DNA of 64,000 nt. Source: Chthoniobacteraceae bacterium. GTDB lineage: Bacteria; Verrucomicrobiota; Verrucomicrobiia; Chthoniobacterales; Chthoniobacteraceae. The notes under the pieces are model-generated. The model was not told the origin of the DNA. It worked only from the letters and a program-made list of their open reading frames with translations, and did not search any database. The DNA lies in assembly GCA_031409335.1 (NCBI GenBank), contig JANNWY010000198.1, forward strand, positions 1 through 64,000. Reading direction: 5' to 3'. The position numbers and the translations under genes were made by a program. Positions 62,505 to 64,000 of the stretch are shown one piece after another (position 1 is the first letter of the stretch; each line of letters opens with the position of its first letter).

Positions 62505-63524
62505 TTATCTGGCTATTGGAGCGACAGCGCCGGTCGGCATTCTGACGCCGGCATTCTCTTTCATCGCGGTCACTGCCTGCTCGACGAGCGCGACGGCCTC
62601 CGGTGCCCCTTTGACGACGATAATGTGGAGTTCGTGATAGGGTCGGACGGTGCAGGCCATGTGTTGTTCTTCAGCCATCGCTTGCAGCCTCCTCGTAAGG
62701 TCCGCCTCCAATCCCGCCCGTTTATCCTCGTCGAGGACTTCGCCATAAATCTTCCCGATGCCGAGGACGCGACTGATTTGCGCTGGAGCAAGCATCGGAT
62801 CAGTCGGGTCCACTAAAGGTAGTCTGCTTGGCGCCCCGCTTGAGCCGGGAGCGCCGGGAAGATTCGGGTTCCCCTCGGTTCCGCGCGTCATTGATCCCGG
62901 CGCAGTTCCCGTGGGAATCGGGATGCCGGACAATGTTGGTTCTGCTACCGGATGAGCAACCGGAACCGGCTCTGGGTCAGAGCCGTCCGCCCCCCCTCCC
63001 GAGCGAGTCCCGCCCCCACTGCCAAAATCGCCGCTTCCTCCCGCCATTCCCACGACGGTGTTGAATCCTGCACCGCCCATCGCGCCACCCGCCATCCGTC
63101 TCGAAACGATCCAAGCGGCGACCTTTCCTGAATCCGACGGGACTGGCTCCAGGCTGAGGCCGGTTACTCTTGTGACGACATTCAGCACGTCGGTGGCGGT
63201 CACGTTGTGAAGCCTCATCGAGGGGACTTTCACATTCACCACTTCCGGCACGACGACGACGTTCAGCGGATCCGCTTTCTGTTCGGCGAGCATATCATTC
63301 AGGAAGTCAACCACGTCGCCGACGGTCGATTCCTTCAATGCGACAGGATTGCGAAGAAGCGGAGAGGAAGGGACCGATGCACCTGCAAAACCCGTTCCGG
63401 GCAACCCTCCAAGCGCACCAGGCGACGGAGGTTCGGGAATTGGTGGAGGCGAGAGTTGCGCGATGGCGGACTGGCCCGCGAGGGCCAGCGCGAGGGTGAG
63501 TGCGGGAAGGAGCGGTGTTTTCAT
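62505..63524 (-). CDS. Exported protein with secretin N-terminal-like domains and a Gly/Pro-rich linker
   Basis: Signal peptide MKTPLLPALTLALALAG; STN-like segment VGDVVDFL..LNVVV..SMRLHNVTATDVL; C-terminal IIVVKGAPEAVALVEQAV. Confidence 0.6.
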   Translation of the reverse strand: MKTPLLPALTLALALAGQSAIAQLSPPPIPEPPSPGALGGLPGTGFAGASVPSSPLLRNPVALKESTVGDVVDFLNDMLAEQKADPLNVVVVPEVVNVKVPSMRLHNVTATDVLNVVTRVTGLSLEPVPSDSGKVAAWIVSRRMAGGAMGGAGFNTVVGMAGGSGDFGSGGGTRSGGGADGSDPEPVPVAHPVAEPTLSGIPIPTGTAPGSMTRGTEGNPNLPGAPGSSGAPSRLPLVDPTDPMLAPAQISRVLGIGKIYGEVLDEDKRAGLEADLTRRLQAMAEEQHMACTVRPYHELHIIVVKGAPEAVALVEQAVTAMKENAGVRMPTGAVAPIAR

Positions 63525-63634
63525 GGATGTGATGAATTTAGGACGAGGCTGAATGGTCGGTGGCCTCGAAAGGATCACGCGGCTCGCGGTCCGAACCCGC
63601 GGATTATTTTTCCGCGGCAGCCCAGTGCGATCCG

Positions 63635-64000
63635 CTAAACGCTGAGATGGCCGAGCGCGAGCAGGCCGTAGAAAGTGTATTCCGCGTCGAGATGATCGTC
63701 CGCCCAGTGCCCGTGAAATCCGCCCTCCGCGCTCCAAAGCGTGTCGATGAAATCGAGGCATCGCTCGCGGATCGGCGTGGGGATTTCACGCTCCAGACAT
63801 GCGAGCGCGTGCAGCGTCGTGGCGGTGGAAAGAAGATCGGGCAGCGGCGCTTCCGGCATCGCAAGGAAACCGCCCTGCGAGTGCGCCCGTGCCAGCAGCC
63901 AGTCCGCGACGCCTGCATTCATCGGCATCCCGAGCTGATGTAGAATCGCGACCGCTGCCGCCGTGGCATTCGTCGAACCGACGGAAAGCCCGCGCGCATT
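63635..64000 (-). CDS. Prenyltransferase/squalene-cyclase repeat protein, C-terminal part (5' end beyond the window)
   Basis: Frame open to the window edge; QGGF..PDLLSTATTLHAL and EGGFHG..DAEYTFYGLLALG repeats. Confidence 0.8.
   Translation of the reverse strand, partial: NARGLSVGSTNATAAAVAILHQLGMPMNAGVADWLLARAHSQGGFLAMPEAPLPDLLSTATTLHALACLEREIPTPIRERCLDFIDTLWSAEGGFHGHWADDHLDAEYTFYGLLALGHLSV

Overview
GC-rich chromosomal window, most likely from a Verrucomicrobiota bacterium (Chthoniobacter-like; inferred from RpoB/RpoC character, TIGR03790, the DUF1800/DUF1501 pair, PEP-CTERM proteins and an ECF-kinase pair). Core genes are rpoB-rpoC, tsaD, a CtpA protease, an IspA-type prenyltransferase, a GspE/PilB ATPase, recN, xth, a PduO-type adenosyltransferase, feoA-feoA-feoB with a Fur-like box, and sufS-sufU. 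These are interspersed with large secreted proteins (a 2,000-aa zinc metalloprotease, two PEP-CTERM proteins), two ECF sigma systems, and intact and broken toxin-antitoxin cassettes. No rRNA, tRNA, CRISPR array or intact transposase was seen. The most striking unexplained structure is a diverse set of short palindromic elements. Two REP-doublet-like hairpins sit in frame inside the large AAA ATPase gene. A perfect 41-bp heptamer hairpin between feoA and feoB is spanned by a chain of ATGA-overlapping mini-ORFs. A nonamer-armed element occurs twice, 27 kb apart, with a conserved core. Also notable: a candidate toxin-antitoxin pair of unrecognised family, several cryptic gene remnants (PSCyt1 cytochrome, DUF6883 tail, antitoxin tail, pilT), an ATA codon at the apparent start of a PEP-CTERM gene, and many promoters placed for leaderless transcription. 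All family calls are motif recognition by eye, not database searches.
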